A stretch of DNA of 63,876 nucleotides, the filler included, from Phoronis australis (taxonomy: Eukaryota; Animalia; Phoronida), in assembly GCA_002633005.1 (NCBI GenBank). It is 9 parts of 9 records of this genome, joined end to end, with 100 filler letters (N's around TTAATTAATTAA, not from the genome) between each part and the next. Parts side by side here need not be neighbours in the genome. Positions count along the whole stretch, not along the records: positions 61,851 to 63,876 come from NMRA01003886.1; 8 more parts are not named here. The stretch is one strand, 5' to 3'. Below, piece by piece: positions 62,838-63,876 of the stretch. The position numbers and the translations under genes are program-made. The stretch's first letter is position 1, and each line of letters opens with the position of its first letter. The notes under the pieces are model-generated. The model saw only the letters and a list, made by a program, of their open reading frames with translations. It ran no database searches and was not told where the DNA came from.

Positions 62838-63876
62838 TTTTATGCGCCCACATATTTATGTGGGTGCATTATGTTGTCATTTGTATCCGTCTGTCTGACG
62901 TCTGCAAATGTTCCCAACATGGATAGCACGGCATGAGTGAATTTTTAGACAGATTCAACTTCCTGTTTGCAATTTTTTACGTTTCCCATGGCTGTACCTC
63001 CTAAAGCCTCTTCAGGATCTTAGTTAAATTTGGAGAGTATATTTATGTGAAGGTGGCAACTGATGATAACAACTTTCGGATGGAGCCAACTACGGCTGTG
63101 CCACCTAGTGACAATTTCATTTTTTTGTTTTCCTCTGTATGTTTAGAATTCGTGGACAGATTTTCATGAAATTTAGCAAATAGGTATTTGTTAGGAAGAC
63201 GACGTCACCTTCAGGTTTTCGAATGGATTTGACATATTTTGCATCACGTAATGGCTATTTTTACTGTTTTTGAGTTTTTTGCCTTCTGCCCCTCAATAGG
63301 CCAAATCAATGTATGGGTGAATATGAAAATTGACATTTATGTTCCTACTGGAAAGAGGACTGCTGACGATGATTTTCGGACAGTTTTGACAACAGTGGCT
63401 CTTGATAGTGACAGTTTTGTTTGTTTTACGTCCATGGCTGTATCTCCTAATCCCTCTGCAGGATCTTTGTTAAATTTGGCAAGTGCATTTATATGAAGGT
63501 GACAACAGGTGATAATGACTTTCAGATGGAGCCAACTACGGCTGTGCCCATTATTGGCAATTTTAGTTTTTTCTGTTTTCCTCTATCTTTGGAGTGCCTG
63601 GACAGATTTTCATGAAATTTGGCAAATAGATTTCTATTTGAGGGGCAAGGACATTTTTCCTTTTCAGAGGGATTTGACATAGTGCATGCCACCTACTGGC
63701 CATTTTTATTATTTTTGAGTCCGTTTTTGGCATCTGCCTTTCTTTCGGCCAAACCATTCTTAGGATTATGTTCTCACTGGGAAGTTGATGGCTGGCGATA
63801 ATTTTTGAACAGTGCTCAAACTACTGTGGCTCCTCCTTGTTGCAGTTTTGTTTACTTTGCATCCGTGGCTATATCT
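62838..63876 (+). mobile_element. Helentron-associated element (5' part, runs off the window)
   Basis: TTTTATGCGCCCAC...GTGGGTGCAT inverted pair, (GTCT/GTCC) microsatellite, then a roughly 440-bp repeat made of about 145-bp subunits. Confidence 0.65.

Overview
Repeat-rich genomic DNA from an invertebrate animal, with spliced genes and about 35-40% GC by eye. The window is a draft scaffold broken by eight 100-nt N gaps, each carrying an artificial TTAATTAATTAA linker. Host gene pieces are four exons of a CSAD/GADL1-type PLP decarboxylase (+), the last exon of CLN6 (-), a fibrinogen-domain exon (+), five exons of the SPCA/ATP2C1 Ca2+/Mn2+ ATPase (+) and a WSC-domain exon (-). The standout is a gap-free 11,383-bp hAT-superfamily element (26443-37825) with perfect 13-bp TIRs and a 7-bp TSD, which is hATw-like. 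Its intact 1209-aa transposase ORF carries an N-terminal coiled coil and ends in two Spindlin (Spin/Ssty)-like Tudor repeats. That ORF is bracketed by two tandem arrays and followed by a second Ser-rich ORF with a CCHC-like end. The window also holds an internally deleted Kolobok (THAP transposase plus a P2X7-C-like partner gene), a decayed Penelope-like element nested in a Tx1/L1 LINE, Copia, LTR and piggyBac remnants, Helentron-associated elements with satellite arrays, and several MITE families. All family assignments are by motif recognition only; no searches were run.
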